Positions 7,514-9,033 of a stretch of 9,033 nt of DNA are shown here, piece after piece (within the stretch, counting starts at the first letter, position 1; each line of letters opens with the position of its first letter). The translations under genes and the position numbers were made by a program. This DNA is from Octopus sinensis (taxonomy: Eukaryota): contig NW_021828150.1 in assembly GCF_006345805.1 (NCBI RefSeq), positions 1-9,033 on the forward strand. The letters run 5' to 3'. The notes under the pieces are model-generated. The model made no database searches. It saw nothing but the letters and a program-made list of their open reading frames with translations, and had not been told where the DNA came from.

Positions 7514-7712
7514 ATTTGTTTCCTTATTGCTCTCAGGGGGGGGCTAAACATAGAGAGGACAAACAAGGACAGACAAAGGGATTAAGTCGATTACATCGAC
7601 CCCCAGTACTTAACTGGTACTTATTTAACTGACCCCGAAAGGATGAAAGGCAAAGTCCACCTCGCCGGAATTTGAACTCAGAACGTAACGGCAGACGAAA
7701 TACCTGTCAGCA
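7514..7712 (-). mobile_element. tRNA-derived SINE (family B, Octopus-type), lacking its extreme 5' end
   Basis: Minus-strand B-box-like GAGTTCAAATTCC (7679-7667), followed by CTTTGCCTTTCATCCTTTCGGGGTC..AAATAAGTACCAG..CTGGGGGTCGATGTAATCGACTTAA. Recognised from memory of octopus repeats; no A-box is visible. Confidence 0.75.
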
Positions 7713-7982
7713 TTTAAGTTCTGCAGTAATTTTGGGAGCAATACTTTTGTGATCCTTTCTAACAATTCACTTAAGAGTTCGACGGTCCCTATCTGAAAGT
7801 TTTGGTTTTCTTCCGGAGGTTTGTTTCGACGAGGAGGTTTTTCTCTCTTTCTAAAAGGCTGTCATTATCTTCGAGACAGTACTTCTTGATACACCAAACA
7901 TTTCAGCTGTTTTTGTTACGCTAGCGCCTGCCATGCGAGCACCAACAATTTGACCTCTTTGAAAGTCCGATAGATCTGTCAT
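7713..7982 (-). pseudogene. Tc1 transposase N-terminal HTH region, 90 codons with two in-frame stops
   Basis: MTDLSDFQRGQIVGARMAGASVTKTAEMFGVSRSTVSKIMTAF*KERKTSSSKQTSGRKPKLSDRDRRTLK*IVRKDHKSIAPKITAELK. Paired-like HTH plus a GRPR-like linker (GRKPK). Stops are TAG at 7853-7851 and TGA at 7769-7767. Confidence 0.9.
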
Positions 7983-8161
7983 GTTAGTGAATTTGAATTA
8001 CCTATATCTGAAAAGAAACAGCAATTTCAGCAAATCATATTAAGTAACATTAAAAACATATAAAAAATCGTCAACATAAACGAGCATTTGACGGTTTTAT
8101 AGATACTTCAAAATTATGACGCTATGATCCTGAGTGTTTACATTATTTTGTCCAACCCCTG
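7713..8161 (-). mobile_element. 5' fragment of a Tc1-family DNA transposon
   Basis: The terminus reads TA|CAGGGGTTGGACAAAATAATGTAAACAC on the minus strand (TIR about 8161-8134, TA target 8162-8163), followed by the transposase N-terminus. The second TIR and the DDE domain are absent. Confidence 0.9.
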
Positions 8162-8170
8162 TATATATAT

Positions 8171-8586
8171 ACTCTTTTACTCTTTTACTTGTTTCAGTCA
8201 TTTGACTGCGGCCATGCTGGAGCACCACCTTTTAGTCGAGCAAATCGACCCCGGGACTTATTCTTTGTAAGAAGTTATTCTATCGGTCTCTTTTGCCGAA
8301 CCGCTAAGTTACGGGGAGGTAAATACACCAGCATCAGTTGTGAAGCAATGCTAGTGGGACAAACACAGACACACAAACACAGACACACAAACACATACCC
8401 ACACACATATATATATATACATATATACGACAGGCTTCTTTCAGTTTCCGTCTACCAAATCCACTCACAAGGCATTGGTCGGCCCGGGGCTATAGCAGAA
8501 GACACTTGCCCAAGATGCCACGCAGTGGGACTGAACCCGGAACCATGTGGTTGGTTAGCAAGCTACTTACCACACAGCCACTCCTG
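8171..8586 (-). mobile_element. Near full-length composite SINE (family A)
   Basis: Minus strand starts CAGGAGTGGCTGTGTGGTAAGTAGCTTGC, has B-box-like GGTTCAGTCCC, an internal TA/TG linker, and a 3' tail ending AAGTAAAAGAGTAAAAGAGT. It matches 3061-3403 and 4093-4233. Confidence 0.9.
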
Positions 8587-8754
8587 ACTTGCATTTATCA
8601 ACTCATTTTGCAAGATTCTTGATGTGAAATCGTGTGTGAAACAAATATTGTTGTATTTCGGGATGGTCATGTTATTTATTTTTTTTACCAATAAACACAC
8701 GCACTATATGTATAATTCTTTTCTTCACTCGTTTATTACTGTTATTTTATTTTA

Positions 8755-8756
<2 letters not shown>

Positions 8757-8817
<61 letters not shown>
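8757..8817. repeat. (TA)n microsatellite
   Basis: Seen directly. Confidence 0.95.
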
Positions 8818-8820
<3 letters not shown>

Positions 8821-9033
8821 GAAATATGTTACGAAAAGAAAATCTAAAATACACGTCGAAATGTAAGGGTAAAATGTAAAAAATCAACGAAAATGCATAT
8901 TGCAGATAGAAAAAGGCTGTTTATGACAGGTAGTGACAAATATATACATTCAGATTGACTGAGGTAGTAATACGAGTCATAAAGGTCATTATTATGAGAT
9001 GATTATAAGAAGTTAATAATAATAATAATAAAG

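Noticed and set aside
8605-8750. Segment that looks familiar as another octopus dispersed repeat
   Set aside because: No second copy, terminal structure or coding signal in the window supports it.
178-8818. All ORFs in the supplied track
   Set aside because: Most are translations of microsatellites (IY, SL, N, I and L runs) or SINE sequence. 5182-5400 partly overlaps the duplicated RT relic. None resembles an intact host protein.

Overview
AT-rich, microsatellite-dense eukaryotic non-coding DNA. The SINE sequences match what I recall of Octopus (cephalopod) tRNA-derived SINEs, so the species call is an inference. No intact protein-coding gene is supported: most ORFs in the track are translations of microsatellites or SINEs, one (5182-5400) partly overlaps retroelement debris and one (4963-5154) is unrecognised. 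The window contains three pieces of one composite tRNA-derived SINE (3061-3403 +, 4093-4233 +, 8171-8586 -) and a second SINE family (7514-7712 -). It also holds the 5' end of a Tc1 DNA transposon with TIR, TA target and a decayed transposase N-terminus (7713-8161 -), and a heavily decayed R4/Dong-like non-LTR retrotransposon RT relic (about 3677-4790 +). That relic is interrupted by a SINE tail and a minisatellite and is partly duplicated at 5263-5405. A 110-bp inverted repeat lies at 967-1295. Most interesting are two separate minimal type I hammerhead-ribozyme-like motifs on the + strand (266-310 and 1380-1417). Both have a loopless palindromic ACGU helix III and an extra A after the core; one has a non-canonical CUGUCGA core. 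This points to Penelope-like or retrozyme-like repeat families. A possible spliced exon on the - strand (5935-6122) carries a full set of splice signals.
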